This document shows positions 36,809-51,100 of a stretch of 64,000 bases of DNA, piece after piece. Within the stretch, counting starts at the first letter, position 1, and each line of letters begins with the position of its first letter. The DNA is taken from assembly GCA_043228905.1 (NCBI GenBank), contig JBHGNT010000018.1, positions 8,804,001-8,868,000 on the forward strand, given 5' to 3'. Origin of the DNA: Azolla caroliniana. Its lineage: Eukaryota > Plantae > Polypodiophyta. A program made the position numbers and the translations under genes. The notes under the pieces are model-generated. The model was given only the letters and a program-made list of their open reading frames with translations. It made no database searches and was not told where the DNA came from.

Positions 36809-37393
36809 ATCATATTTAGACTTCTATTTCGCATTAAATCCAAATATCAAGTAGAATTTAAATATAATTCGCACGTTACAATAGTTTTTCCTCTCAAATT
36901 CTACTGTTAATTTCCTCACCTCCAATTCTAGCTAGTATATTTGGAGTGACACAAAATTTAGAAATTTGCTATCAACCTTGTATTCCACGCACGCGGCCAC
37001 GGCATTCCTGTATATATTTCAAATGGCCATTACATTTAATGAGAGGATCTTCATCAATTCTCACAAATATTTCCATCGTTCATCATTAGACCATGAGGCT
37101 TCGTCATTGTGAGACGAATTTGATATTCAGGTTATGAAGGTATTTCCTCCTATTAATTATTTGATTGACACACTTGAGCCGATACAAACGGATTGCGTTG
37201 TGTTTCAATCCGTAGCGGTTGCATCCTATGACTCATAACATATACCTCCGGCTTGCTAAGTGTGACATCCACAATGTATGTTTCCTCTCTGCTCATTTGG
37301 AGAACGGGTCCATTGGATGTTAAGACTAATGGAACTGCGATAGTTTGAGATAGGCTATCAATGCTTTAATTTGTCATGAGAGGGAGAGGAAAA

Positions 37394-37466
37394 TGGAGAT
37401 GCGGGGTATCGATCCCCATACCTCTCGCATGCTAAGCGAGCGCTCTACCATTTGAGCTACATCCCC
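37394..37466 (-). tRNA. tRNA-Ala(AGC) unit 8
   Basis: As unit 1. Confidence 0.95.
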
Positions 37467-37926
37467 GAAACTTTTGCCTTCAGGTTTTAGAAAGAGTGGA
37501 ATGACATGTAACAGATAATGCTTATCTAGAAATGCAGGTAATAGGCTGTACTAATTGTTGTTTTCAAATCTTAAAAGTAATCCCGTAAGGTCACTTTTAA
37601 ATTAATACGATTGCGATAATGCCATCAACTCCGTACTTCTGGTACGCCAAGCATGCATTTTAGCTTTGAGAATCGACCGATATGCTTTTTTGCGCAACAT
37701 TGTTAATATATTTGTGAATCGAATTCCCATGTGAAATTTAGAAATTAATAGCTTTACTTCTAGTTTTTCCTGATACGTTTGTACGAATACGAATGACGAC
37801 ATGGGCATGGATCCCATATTAATTCTGACCCTTCCCAGATGGTCCTCAAACGAATCATAATGACATTCTTGTCACGGAGAGACTTAGAGATGATCTTTCC
37901 ATTTAATAATTCGTAATGATACAAAA

Positions 37927-37999
37927 TGGAGAAGCGAGGTATCGATCCCCGTGCCTCTCGCATGCAAAGCGAGCGCTCTACCATGTGAGCTACATCCCC
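37927..37999 (-). tRNA. tRNA-Ala(UGC) unit 9
   Basis: As unit 1. Confidence 0.9.
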
Positions 38000-38584
38000 A
38001 TCATATTTAGACTTCTATTTCGCATTAAATCCAAATATGAAGTAGAATTTAAATATAATTCGCACGTTACAATAGTTTTTCCTCTCAAATTCTACTGTTA
38101 ATTTCCTCACCTCCAATTCTAGCTAGTATATTTGGAGTGACACAAAATTTAGAAATTTGCTATCAACCTTGTATTCCACGCACGCGGCCACGGCATTCCT
38201 GTATATATTTCAAATGGCCATTACATTTAATGAGAGGATCTTCATCAATTCTCACAAATATTTCCATCGTTCATCATTAGACCATGAGGCTTCGTCATTG
38301 TGAGACGAATTTGATATTCAGGTTATGAAGGTATTTCCTCCTATTAATTATTTGATTGACACACTTGAGCCGATACAAACGGATTGCGTTGTGTTTCAAT
38401 CCGTAGCGGTTGCATCCTATGACTCATAACATATACCTCCGGCTTGCTAAGTGTGACATCCACAATGTATGTTTCCTCTCCGCTCATTTGGAGAACGGGT
38501 CCATTGGATGTTAAGACTAATGGAACTGCGATAGTTTGAGATAGGCTATCAATGCTTTAATTTGTCATGAGAGGGAGAGGAAAA

Positions 38585-38657
38585 TGGAGATGCGGGGTAT
38601 CGATCCCCATACCTCTCGCATGCTAAGCGAGCGCTCTACCATTTGAGCTACATCCCC
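38585..38657 (-). tRNA. tRNA-Ala(AGC) unit 9
   Basis: As unit 1. Confidence 0.95.
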
Positions 38658-39117
38658 GAAACTTTTGCCTTCAGGTTTTAGAAAGAGTGGAATGACATGT
38701 AACAGATAATGCTTATCTAGAAATGCAGGTAATAGGCTGTACTAATTGTTGTTTTCAAATCTTAAAAGTAATCCCGTAAGGTCACTTTTAAATTAATACG
38801 ATTGCGATAATGCCATCAACTCCGTACTTCTGGTACGCCAAGCATGCATTTTAGCTTTGAGAATCGACCGATATGCTTTTTTGCGCAACATTGTTAATAT
38901 ATTTGTGAATCGAATTCCCATGTGAAATTTAGAAATTAATAGCTTTACTTCTAGTTTTTCCTGATACGTTTGTACGAATACGAATGACGACATGGGCATG
39001 GATCCCATATTAATTCTGACCCTTCCCAGATGGTCCTCAAACGAATCATAATGACATTCTTGTCACGGAGAGACTTAGAGATGATCTTTCCATTTAATAA
39101 TTCGTAATGATACAAAA

Positions 39118-39190
39118 TGGAGAAGCGAGGTATCGATCCCCGTGCCTCTCGCATGCAAAGCGAGCGCTCTACCATGTGAGCTACATCCCC
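39118..39190 (-). tRNA. tRNA-Ala(UGC) unit 10
   Basis: As unit 1. Confidence 0.9.
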
Positions 39191-39775
39191 ATCATATTTA
39201 GACTTCTATTTCGCATTAAATCCAAATATGAAGTAGAATTTAAATATAATTCGCACGTTACAATAGTTTTTCCTCTCAAATTCTACTGTTAATTTCCTCA
39301 CCTCCAATTCTAGCTAGTATATTTGGAGTGACACAAAATTTAGAAATTTGCTATCAACCTTGTATTCCACGCACGCGGCCACGGCATTCCTGTATATATT
39401 TCAAATGGCCATTACATTTAATGAGAGGATCTTCATCAATTCTCACAAATATTTCCATCGTTCATCATTAGACCATGAGGCTTCGTCATTGTGAGACGAA
39501 TTTGATATTCAGGTTATGAAGGTATTTCCTCCTATTAATTATTTGATTGACACACTTGAGCCGATACAAACGGATTGCGTTGTGTTTCAATCCGTAGCGG
39601 TTGCATCCTATGACTCATAACATATACCTCCGGCTTGCTAAGTGTGACATCCACAATGTATGTTTCCTCTCCGCTCATTTGGAGAACGGGTCCATTGGAT
39701 GTTAAGACTAATGGAACTGCGATAGTTTGAGATAGGCTATCAATGCTTTAATTTGTCATGAGAGGGAGAGGAAAA

Positions 39776-39848
39776 TGGAGATGCGGGGTATCGATCCCCA
39801 TACCTCTCGCATGCTAAGCGAGCGCTCTACCATTTGAGCTACATCCCC
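39776..39848 (-). tRNA. tRNA-Ala(AGC) unit 10
   Basis: As unit 1. Confidence 0.95.
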
Positions 39849-40308
39849 GAAACTTTTGCCTTCAGGTTTTAGAAAGAGTGGAATGACATGTAACAGATAA
39901 TGCTTATCTAGAAATGCAGGTAATAGGCTGTACTAATTGTTGTTTTCAAATCTTAAAAGTAATCCCGTAAGGTCACTTTTAAATTAATACGATTGCGATA
40001 ATGCCATCAACTCCGTACTTCTGGTACGCCAAGCATGCATTTTAGCTTTGAGAATCGACCGATATGCTTTTTTGCGCAACATTGTTAATATATTTGTGAA
40101 TCGAATTCCCATGTGAAATTTAGAAATTAATAGCTTTACTTCTAGTTTTTCCTGATACGTTTGTACGAATACGAATGACGACATGGGCATGGATCCCATA
40201 TTAATTCTGACCCTTCCCAGATGGTCCTCAAACGAATCATAATGACATTCTTGTCACGGAGAGACTTAGAGATGATCTTTCCATTTAATAATTCGTAATG
40301 ATACAAAA

Positions 40309-40381
40309 TGGAGAAGCGAGGTATCGATCCCCGTGCCTCTCGCATGCAAAGCGAGCGCTCTACCATGTGAGCTACATCCCC
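40309..40381 (-). tRNA. tRNA-Ala(UGC) unit 11
   Basis: As unit 1. Confidence 0.9.
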
Positions 40382-40966
40382 ATCATATTTAGACTTCTAT
40401 TTCGCATTAAATCCAAATATGAAGTAGAATTTAAATATAATTCGCACGTTACAATAGTTTTTCCTCTCAAATTCTACTGTTAATTTCCTCACCTCCAATT
40501 CTAGCTAGTATATTTGGAGTGACACAAAATTTAGAAATTTGCTATCAACCTTGTATTCCACGCACGCGGCCACGGCATTCCTGTATATATTTCAAATGGC
40601 CATTACATTTAATGAGAGGATCTTCATCAATTCTCACAAATATTTCCATCGTTCATCATTAGACCATGAGGCTTCGTCATTGTGAGACGAATTTGATATT
40701 CAGGTTATGAAGGTATTTCCTCCTATTAATTATTTGATTGACACACTTGAGCCGATACAAACGGATTGCGTTGTGTTTCAATCCGTAGCGGTTGCATCCT
40801 ATGACTCATAACATATACCTCCGGCTTGCTAAGTGTGACATCCACAATGTATGTTTCCTCTCCGCTCATTTGGAGAACGGGTCCATTGGATGTTAAGACT
40901 AATGGAACTGCGATAGTTTGAGATAGGCTATCAATGCTTTAATTTGTCATGAGAGGGAGAGGAAAA

Positions 40967-41039
40967 TGGAGATGCGGGGTATCGATCCCCATACCTCTCG
41001 CATGCTAAGCGAGCGCTCTACCATTTGAGCTACATCCCC
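40967..41039 (-). tRNA. tRNA-Ala(AGC) unit 11
   Basis: As unit 1. Confidence 0.95.
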
Positions 41040-41499
41040 GAAACTTTTGCCTTCAGGTTTTAGAAAGAGTGGAATGACATGTAACAGATAATGCTTATCT
41101 AGAAATGCAGGTAATAGGCTGTACTAATTGTTGTTTTCAAATCTTAAAAGTAATCCCGTAAGGTCACTTTTAAATTAATACGATTGCGATAATGCCATCA
41201 ACTCCGTACTTCTGGTACGCCAAGCATGCATTTTAGCTTTGAGAATCGACCGATATGCTTTTTTGCGCAACATTGTTAATATATTTGTGAATCGAATTCC
41301 CATGTGAAATTTAGAAATTAATAGCTTTACTTCTAGTTTTTCCTGATACGTTTGTACGAATACGAATGACGACATGGGCATGGATCCCATATTAATTCTG
41401 ACCCTTCCCAGATGGTCCTCAAACGAATCATAATGACATTCTTGTCACGGAGAGACTTAGAGATGATCTTTCCATTTAATAATTCGTAATGATACAAAA

Positions 41500-41572
41500 T
41501 GGAGAAGCGAGGTATCGATCCCCGTGCCTCTCGCATGCAAAGCGAGCGCTCTACCATGTGAGCTACATCCCC
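41500..41572 (-). tRNA. tRNA-Ala(UGC) unit 12
   Basis: As unit 1. Confidence 0.9.
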
Positions 41573-42157
41573 ATCATATTTAGACTTCTATTTCGCATTA
41601 AATCCAAATATGAAGTAGAATTTAAATATAATTCGCACGTTACAATAGTTTTTCCTCTCAAATTCTACTGTTAATTTCCTCACCTCCAATTCTAGCTAGT
41701 ATATTTGGAGTGACACAAAATTTAGAAATTTGCTATCAACCTTGTATTCCACGCACGCGGCCACGGCATTCCTGTATATATTTCAAATGGCCATTACATT
41801 TAATGAGAGGATCTTCATCAATTCTCACAAATATTTCCATCGTTCATCATTAGACCATGAGGCTTCGTCATTGTGAGACGAATTTGATATTCAGGTTATG
41901 AAGGTATTTCCTCCTATTAATTATTTGATTGACACACTTGAGCCGATACAAACGGATTGCGTTGTGTTTCAATCCGTAGCGGTTGCATCCTATGACTCAT
42001 AACATATACCTCCGGCTTGCTAAGTGTGACATCCACAATGTATGTTTCCTCTCCGCTCATTTGGAGAACGGGTCCATTGGATGTTAAGACTAATGGAACT
42101 GCGATAGTTTGAGATAGGCTATCAATGCTTTAATTTGTCATGAGAGGGAGAGGAAAA

Positions 42158-42230
42158 TGGAGATGCGGGGTATCGATCCCCATACCTCTCGCATGCTAAG
42201 CGAGCGCTCTACCATTTGAGCTACATCCCC
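42158..42230 (-). tRNA. tRNA-Ala(AGC) unit 12
   Basis: As unit 1. Confidence 0.95.
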
Positions 42231-42690
42231 GAAACTTTTGCCTTCAGGTTTTAGAAAGAGTGGAATGACATGTAACAGATAATGCTTATCTAGAAATGCA
42301 GGTAATAGGCTGTACTAATTGTTGTTTTCAAATCTTAAAAGTAATCCCGTAAGGTCACTTTTAAATTAATACGATTGCGATAATGCCATCAACTCCGTAC
42401 TTCTGGTACGCCAAGCATGCATTTTAGCTTTGAGAATCGACCGATATGCTTTTTTGCGCAACATTGTTAATATATTTGTGAATCGAATTCCCATGTGAAA
42501 TTTAGAAATTAATAGCTTTACTTCTAGTTTTTCCTGATACGTTTGTACGAATACGAATGACGACATGGGCATGGATCCCATATTAATTCTGACCCTTCCC
42601 AGATGGTCCTCAAACGAATCATAATGACATTCTTGTCACGGAGAGACTTAGAGATGATCTTTCCATTTAATAATTCGTAATGATACAAAA

Positions 42691-42763
42691 TGGAGAAGCG
42701 AGGTATCGATCCCCGTGCCTCTCGCATGCAAAGCGAGCGCTCTACCATGTGAGCTACATCCCC
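42691..42763 (-). tRNA. tRNA-Ala(UGC) unit 13
   Basis: As unit 1. Confidence 0.9.
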
Positions 42764-43348
42764 ATCATATTTAGACTTCTATTTCGCATTAAATCCAAAT
42801 ATGAAGTAGAATTTAAATATAATTCGCACGTTACAATAGTTTTTCCTCTCAAATTCTACTGTTAATTTCCTCACCTCCAATTCTAGCTAGTATATTTGGA
42901 GTGACACAAAATTTAGAAATTTGCTATCAACCTTGTATTCCACGCACGCGGCCACGGCATTCCTGTATATATTTCAAATGGCCATTACATTTAATGAGAG
43001 GATCTTCATCAATTCTCACAAATATTTCCATCGTTCATCATTAGACCATGAGGCTTCGTCATTGTGAGACGAATTTGATATTCAGGTTATGAAGGTATTT
43101 CCTCCTATTAATTATTTGATTGACACACTTGAGCCGATACAAACGGATTGCGTTGTGTTTCAATCCGTAGCGGTTGCATCCTATGACTCATAACATATAC
43201 CTCCGGCTTGCTAAGTGTGACATCCACAATGTATGTTTCCTCTCCGCTCATTTGGAGAACGGGTCCATTGGATGTTAAGACTAATGGAACTGCGATAGTT
43301 TGAGATAGGCTATCAATGCTTTAATTTGTCATGAGAGGGAGAGGAAAA

Positions 43349-43421
43349 TGGAGATGCGGGGTATCGATCCCCATACCTCTCGCATGCTAAGCGAGCGCTC
43401 TACCATTTGAGCTACATCCCC
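43349..43421 (-). tRNA. tRNA-Ala(AGC) unit 13
   Basis: As unit 1. Confidence 0.95.
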
Positions 43422-43881
43422 GAAACTTTTGCCTTCAGGTTTTAGAAAGAGTGGAATGACATGTAACAGATAATGCTTATCTAGAAATGCAGGTAATAGG
43501 CTGTACTAATTGTTGTTTTCAAATCTTAAAAGTAATCCCGTAAGGTCACTTTTAAATTAATACGATTGCGATAATGCCATCAACTCCGTACTTCTGGTAC
43601 GCCAAGCATGCATTTTAGCTTTGAGAATCGACCGATATGCTTTTTTGCGCAACATTGTTAATATATTTGTGAATCGAATTCCCATGTGAAATTTAGAAAT
43701 TAATAGCTTTACTTCTAGTTTTTCCTGATACGTTTGTACGAATACGAATGACGACATGGGCATGGATCCCATATTAATTCTGACCCTTCCCAGATGGTCC
43801 TCAAACGAATCATAATGACATTCTTGTCACGGAGAGACTTAGAGATGATCTTTCCATTTAATAATTCGTAATGATACAAAA

Positions 43882-43954
43882 TGGAGAAGCGAGGTATCGA
43901 TCCCCGTGCCTCTCGCATGCAAAGCGAGCGCTCTACCATGTGAGCTACATCCCC
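43882..43954 (-). tRNA. tRNA-Ala(UGC) unit 14
   Basis: As unit 1. Confidence 0.9.
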
Positions 43955-44539
43955 ATCATATTTAGACTTCTATTTCGCATTAAATCCAAATATGAAGTAG
44001 AATTTAAATATAATTCGCACGTTACAATAGTTTTTCCTCTCAAATTCTACTGTTAATTTCCTCACCTCCAATTCTAGCTAGTATATTTGGAGTGACACAA
44101 AATTTAGAAATTTGCTATCAACCTTGTATTCCACGCACGCGGCCACGGCATTCCTGTATATATTTCAAATGGCCATTACATTTAATGAGAGGATCTTCAT
44201 CAATTCTCACAAATATTTCCATCGTTCATCATTAGACCATGAGGCTTCGTCATTGTGAGACGAATTTGATATTCAGGTTATGAAGGTATTTCCTCCTATT
44301 AATTATTTGATTGACACACTTGAGCCGATACAAACGGATTGCGTTGTGTTTCAATCCGTAGCGGTTGCATCCTATGACTCATAACATATACCTCCGGCTT
44401 GCTAAGTGTGACATCCACAATGTATGTTTCCTCTCCGCTCATTTGGAGAACGGGTCCATTGGATGTTAAGACTAATGGAACTGCGATAGTTTGAGATAGG
44501 CTATCAATGCTTTAATTTGTCATGAGAGGGAGAGGAAAA

Positions 44540-44612
44540 TGGAGATGCGGGGTATCGATCCCCATACCTCTCGCATGCTAAGCGAGCGCTCTACCATTTG
44601 AGCTACATCCCC
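44540..44612 (-). tRNA. tRNA-Ala(AGC) unit 14
   Basis: As unit 1. Confidence 0.95.
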
Positions 44613-45072
44613 GAAACTTTTGCCTTCAGGTTTTAGAAAGAGTGGAATGACATGTAACAGATAATGCTTATCTAGAAATGCAGGTAATAGGCTGTACTAA
44701 TTGTTGTTTTCAAATCTTAAAAGTAATCCCGTAAGGTCACTTTTAAATTAATACGATTGCGATAATGCCATCAACTCCGTACTTCTGGTACGCCAAGCAT
44801 GCATTTTAGCTTTGAGAATCGACCGATATGCTTTTTTGCGCAACATTGTTAATATATTTGTGAATCGAATTCCCATGTGAAATTTAGAAATTAATAGCTT
44901 TACTTCTAGTTTTTCCTGATACGTTTGTACGAATACGAATGACGACATGGGCATGGATCCCATATTAATTCTGACCCTTCCCAGATGGTCCTCAAACGAA
45001 TCATAATGACATTCTTGTCACGGAGAGACTTAGAGATGATCTTTCCATTTAATAATTCGTAATGATACAAAA

Positions 45073-45145
45073 TGGAGAAGCGAGGTATCGATCCCCGTGC
45101 CTCTCGCATGCAAAGCGAGCGCTCTACCATGTGAGCTACATCCCC
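45073..45145 (-). tRNA. tRNA-Ala(UGC) unit 15
   Basis: As unit 1. Confidence 0.9.
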
Positions 45146-45730
45146 ATCATATTTAGACTTCTATTTCGCATTAAATCCAAATATGAAGTAGAATTTAAAT
45201 ATAATTCGCACGTTACAATAGTTTTTCCTCTCAAATTCTACTGTTAATTTCCTCACCTCCAATTCTAGCTAGTATATTTGGAGTGACACAAAATTTAGAA
45301 ATTTGCTATCAACCTTGTATTCCACGCACGCGGCCACGGCATTCCTGTATATATTTCAAATGGCCATTACATTTAATGAGAGGATCTTCATCAATTCTCA
45401 CAAATATTTCCATCGTTCATCATTAGACCATGAGGCTTCGTCATTGTGAGACGAATTTGATATTCAGGTTATGAAGGTATTTCCTCCTATTAATTATTTG
45501 ATTGACACACTTGAGCCGATACAAACGGATTGCGTTGTGTTTCAATCCGTAGCGGTTGCATCCTATGACTCATAACATATACCTCCGGCTTGCTAAGTGT
45601 GACATCCACAATGTATGTTTCCTCTCCGCTCATTTGGAGAACGGGTCCATTGGATGTTAAGACTAATGGAACTGCGATAGTTTGAGATAGGCTATCAATG
45701 CTTTAATTTGTCATGAGAGGGAGAGGAAAA

Positions 45731-45803
45731 TGGAGATGCGGGGTATCGATCCCCATACCTCTCGCATGCTAAGCGAGCGCTCTACCATTTGAGCTACATC
45801 CCC
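45731..45803 (-). tRNA. tRNA-Ala(AGC) unit 15
   Basis: As unit 1. Confidence 0.95.
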
Positions 45804-46263
45804 GAAACTTTTGCCTTCAGGTTTTAGAAAGAGTGGAATGACATGTAACAGATAATGCTTATCTAGAAATGCAGGTAATAGGCTGTACTAATTGTTGTTT
45901 TCAAATCTTAAAAGTAATCCCGTAAGGTCACTTTTAAATTAATACGATTGCGATAATGCCATCAACTCCGTACTTCTGGTACGCCAAGCATGCATTTTAG
46001 CTTTGAGAATCGACCGATATGCTTTTTTGCGCAACATTGTTAATATATTTGTGAATCGAATTCCCATGTGAAATTTAGAAATTAATAGCTTTACTTCTAG
46101 TTTTTCCTGATACGTTTGTACGAATACGAATGACGACATGGGCATGGATCCCATATTAATTCTGACCCTTCCCAGATGGTCCTCAAACGAATCATAATGA
46201 CATTCTTGTCACGGAGAGACTTAGAGATGATCTTTCCATTTAATAATTCGTAATGATACAAAA

Positions 46264-46336
46264 TGGAGAAGCGAGGTATCGATCCCCGTGCCTCTCGCAT
46301 GCAAAGCGAGCGCTCTACCATGTGAGCTACATCCCC
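46264..46336 (-). tRNA. tRNA-Ala(UGC) unit 16
   Basis: As unit 1. Confidence 0.9.
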
Positions 46337-46921
46337 ATCATATTTAGACTTCTATTTCGCATTAAATCCAAATATGAAGTAGAATTTAAATATAATTCGC
46401 ACGTTACAATAGTTTTTCCTCTCAAATTCTACTGTTAATTTCCTCACCTCCAATTCTAGCTAGTATATTTGGAGTGACACAAAATTTAGAAATTTGCTAT
46501 CAACCTTGTATTCCACGCACGCGGCCACGGCATTCCTGTATATATTTCAAATGGCCATTACATTTAATGAGAGGATCTTCATCAATTCTCACAAATATTT
46601 CCATCGTTCATCATTAGACCATGAGGCTTCGTCATTGTGAGACGAATTTGATATTCAGGTTATGAAGGTATTTCCTCCTATTAATTATTTGATTGACACA
46701 CTTGAGCCGATACAAACGGATTGCGTTGTGTTTCAATCCGTAGCGGTTGCATCCTATGACTCATAACATATACCTCCGGCTTGCTAAGTGTGACATCCAC
46801 AATGTATGTTTCCTCTCCGCTCATTTGGAGAACGGGTCCATTGGATGTTAAGACTAATGGAACTGCGATAGTTTGAGATAGGCTATCAATGCTTTAATTT
46901 GTCATGAGAGGGAGAGGAAAA

Positions 46922-46994
46922 TGGAGATGCGGGGTATCGATCCCCATACCTCTCGCATGCTAAGCGAGCGCTCTACCATTTGAGCTACATCCCC
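46922..46994 (-). tRNA. tRNA-Ala(AGC) unit 16
   Basis: As unit 1. Confidence 0.95.
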
Positions 46995-47454
46995 GAAACT
47001 TTTGCCTTCAGGTTTTAGAAAGAGTGGAATGACATGTAACAGATAATGCTTATCTAGAAATGCAGGTAATAGGCTGTACTAATTGTTGTTTTCAAATCTT
47101 AAAAGTAATCCCGTAAGGTCACTTTTAAATTAATACGATTGCGATAATGCCATCAACTCCGTACTTCTGGTACGCCAAGCATGCATTTTAGCTTTGAGAA
47201 TCGACCGATATGCTTTTTTGCGCAACATTGTTAATATATTTGTGAATCGAATTCCCATGTGAAATTTAGAAATTAATAGCTTTACTTCTAGTTTTTCCTG
47301 ATACGTTTGTACGAATACGAATGACGACATGGGCATGGATCCCATATTAATTCTGACCCTTCCCAGATGGTCCTCAAACGAATCATAATGACATTCTTGT
47401 CACGGAGAGACTTAGAGATGATCTTTCCATTTAATAATTCGTAATGATACAAAA

Positions 47455-47527
47455 TGGAGAAGCGAGGTATCGATCCCCGTGCCTCTCGCATGCAAAGCGA
47501 GCGCTCTACCATGTGAGCTACATCCCC
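47455..47527 (-). tRNA. tRNA-Ala(UGC) unit 17
   Basis: As unit 1. Confidence 0.9.
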
Positions 47528-48112
47528 ATCATATTTAGACTTCTATTTCGCATTAAATCCAAATATCAAGTAGAATTTAAATATAATTCGCACGTTACAA
47601 TAGTTTTTCCTCTCAAATTCTACTGTTAATTTCCTCACCTCCAATTCTAGCTAGTATATTTGGAGTGACACAAAATTTAGAAATTTGCTATCAACCTTGT
47701 ATTCCACGCACGCGGCCACGGCATTCCTGTATATATTTCAAATGGCCATTACATTTAATGAGAGGATCTTCATCAATTCTCACAAATATTTCCATCGTTC
47801 ATCATTAGACCATGAGGCTTCGTCATTGTGAGACGAATTTGATATTCAGGTTATGAAGGTATTTCCTCCTATTAATTATTTGATTGACACACTTGAGCCG
47901 ATACAAACGGATTGCGTTGTGTTTCAATCCGTAGCGGTTGCATCCTATGACTCATAACATATACCTCCGGCTTGCTAAGTGTGACATCCACAATGTATGT
48001 TTCCTCTCCGCTCATTTGGAGAACGGGTCCATTGGATGTTAAGACTAATGGAACTGCGATAGTTTGAGATAGGCTATCAATGCTTTAATTTGTCATGAGA
48101 GGGAGAGGAAAA

Positions 48113-48185
48113 TGGAGATGCGGGGTATCGATCCCCATACCTCTCGCATGCTAAGCGAGCGCTCTACCATTTGAGCTACATCCCC
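48113..48185 (-). tRNA. tRNA-Ala(AGC) unit 17
   Basis: As unit 1. Confidence 0.95.
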
Positions 48186-48645
48186 GAAACTTTTGCCTTC
48201 AGGTTTTAGAAAGAGTGGAATGACATGTAACAGATAATGCTTATCTAGAAATGCAGGTAATAGGCTGTACTAATTGTTGTTTTCAAATCTTAAAAGTAAT
48301 CCCGTAAGGTCACTTTTAAATTAATACGATTGCGATAATGCCATCAACTCCGTACTTCTGGTACGCCAAGCATGCATTTTAGCTTTGAGAATCGACCGAT
48401 ATGCTTTTTTGCGCAACATTGTTAATATATTTGTGAATCGAATTCCCATGTGAAATTTAGAAATTAATAGCTTTACTTCTAGTTTTTCCTGATACGTTTG
48501 TACGAATACGAATGACGACATGGGCATGGATCCCATATTAATTCTGACCCTTCCCAGATGGTCCTCAAACGAATCATAATGACATTCTTGTCACGGAGAG
48601 ACTTAGAGATGATCTTTCCATTTAATAATTCGTAATGATACAAAA

Positions 48646-48718
48646 TGGAGAAGCGAGGTATCGATCCCCGTGCCTCTCGCATGCAAAGCGAGCGCTCTAC
48701 CATGTGAGCTACATCCCC
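48646..48718 (-). tRNA. tRNA-Ala(UGC) unit 18
   Basis: As unit 1. Confidence 0.9.
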
Positions 48719-49303
48719 ATCATATTTAGACTTCTATTTCGCATTAAATCCAAATATCAAGTAGAATTTAAATATAATTCGCACGTTACAATAGTTTTTC
48801 CTCTCAAATTCTACTGTTAATTTCCTCACCTCCAATTCTAGCTAGTATATTTGGAGTGACACAAAATTTAGAAATTTGCTATCAACCTTGTATTCCACGC
48901 ACGCGGCCACGGCATTCCTGTATATATTTCAAATGGCCATTACATTTAATGAGAGGATCTTCATCAATTCTCACAAATATTTCCATCGTTCATCATTAGA
49001 CCATGAGGCTTCGTCATTGTGAGACGAATTTGATATTCAGGTTATGAAGGTATTTCCTCCTATTAATTATTTGATTGACACACTTGAGCCGATACAAACG
49101 GATTGCGTTGTGTTTCAATCCGTAGCGGTTGCATCCTATGACTCATAACATATACCTCCGGCTTGCTAAGTGTGACATCCACAATGTATGTTTCCTCTCC
49201 GCTCATTTGGAGAACGGGTCCATTGGATGTTAAGACTAATGGAACTGCGATAGTTTGAGATAGGCTATCAATGCTTTAATTTGTCATGAGAGGGAGAGGA
49301 AAA

Positions 49304-49376
49304 TGGAGATGCGGGGTATCGATCCCCATACCTCTCGCATGCTAAGCGAGCGCTCTACCATTTGAGCTACATCCCC
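49304..49376 (-). tRNA. tRNA-Ala(AGC) unit 18
   Basis: As unit 1. Confidence 0.95.
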
Positions 49377-49836
49377 GAAACTTTTGCCTTCAGGTTTTAG
49401 AAAGAGTGGAATGACATGTAACAGATAATGCTTATCTAGAAATGCAGGTAATAGGCTGTACTAATTGTTGTTTTCAAATCTTAAAAGTAATCCCGTAAGG
49501 TCACTTTTAAATTAATACGATTGCGATAATGCCATCAACTCCGTACTTCTGGTACGCCAAGCATGCATTTTAGCTTTGAGAATCGACCGATATGCTTTTT
49601 TGCGCAACATTGTTAATATATTTGTGAATCGAATTCCCATGTGAAATTTAGAAATTAATAGCTTTACTTCTAGTTTTTCCTGATACGTTTGTACGAATAC
49701 GAATGACGACATGGGCATGGATCCCATATTAATTCTGACCCTTCCCAGATGGTCCTCAAACGAATCATAATGACATTCTTGTCACGGAGAGACTTAGAGA
49801 TGATCTTTCCATTTAATAATTCGTAATGATACAAAA

Positions 49837-49909
49837 TGGAGAAGCGAGGTATCGATCCCCGTGCCTCTCGCATGCAAAGCGAGCGCTCTACCATGTGAGC
49901 TACATCCCC
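49837..49909 (-). tRNA. tRNA-Ala(UGC) unit 19
   Basis: As unit 1. Confidence 0.9.
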
Positions 49910-50494
49910 ATCATATTTAGACTTCTATTTCGCATTAAATCCAAATATCAAGTAGAATTTAAATATAATTCGCACGTTACAATAGTTTTTCCTCTCAAAT
50001 TCTACTGTTAATTTCCTCACCTCCAATTCTAGCTAGTATATTTGGAGTGACACAAAATTTAGAAATTTGCTATCAACCTTGTATTCCACGCACGCGGCCA
50101 CGGCATTCCTGTATATATTTCAAATGGCCATTACATTTAATGAGAGGATCTTCATCAATTCTCACAAATATTTCCATCGTTCATCATTAGACCATGAGGC
50201 TTCGTCATTGTGAGACGAATTTGATATTCAGGTTATGAAGGTATTTCCTCCTATTAATTATTTGATTGACACACTTGAGCCGATACAAACGGATTGCGTT
50301 GTGTTTCAATCCGTAGCGGTTGCATCCTATGACTCATAACATATACCTCCGGCTTGCTAAGTGTGACATCCACAATGTATGTTTCCTCTCCGCTCATTTG
50401 GAGAACGGGTCCATTGGATGTTAAGACTAATGGAACTGCGATAGTTTGAGATAGGCTATCAATGCTTTAATTTGTCATGAGAGGGAGAGGAAAA

Positions 50495-50567
50495 TGGAGA
50501 TGCGGGGTATCGATCCCCATACCTCTCGCATGCTAAGCGAGCGCTCTACCATTTGAGCTACATCCCC
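50495..50567 (-). tRNA. tRNA-Ala(AGC) unit 19
   Basis: As unit 1. Confidence 0.95.
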
Positions 50568-51027
50568 GAAACTTTTGCCTTCAGGTTTTAGAAAGAGTGG
50601 AATGACATGTAACAGATAATGCTTATCTAGAAATGCAGGTAATAGGCTGTACTAATTGTTGTTTTCAAATCTTAAAAGTAATCCCGTAAGGTCACTTTTA
50701 AATTAATACGATTGCGATAATGCCATCAACTCCGTACTTCTGGTACGCCAAGCATGCATTTTAGCTTTGAGAATCGACCGATATGCTTTTTTGCGCAACA
50801 TTGTTAATATATTTGTGAATCGAATTCCCATGTGAAATTTAGAAATTAATAGCTTTACTTCTAGTTTTTCCTGATACGTTTGTACGAATACGAATGACGA
50901 CATGGGCATGGATCCCATATTAATTCTGACCCTTCCCAGATGGTCCTCAAACGAATCATAATGACATTCTTGTCACGGAGAGACTTAGAGATGATCTTTC
51001 CATTTAATAATTCGTAATGATACAAAA

Positions 51028-51100
51028 TGGAGAAGCGAGGTATCGATCCCCGTGCCTCTCGCATGCAAAGCGAGCGCTCTACCATGTGAGCTACATCCCC
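51028..51100 (-). tRNA. tRNA-Ala(UGC) unit 20
   Basis: As unit 1. Confidence 0.9.
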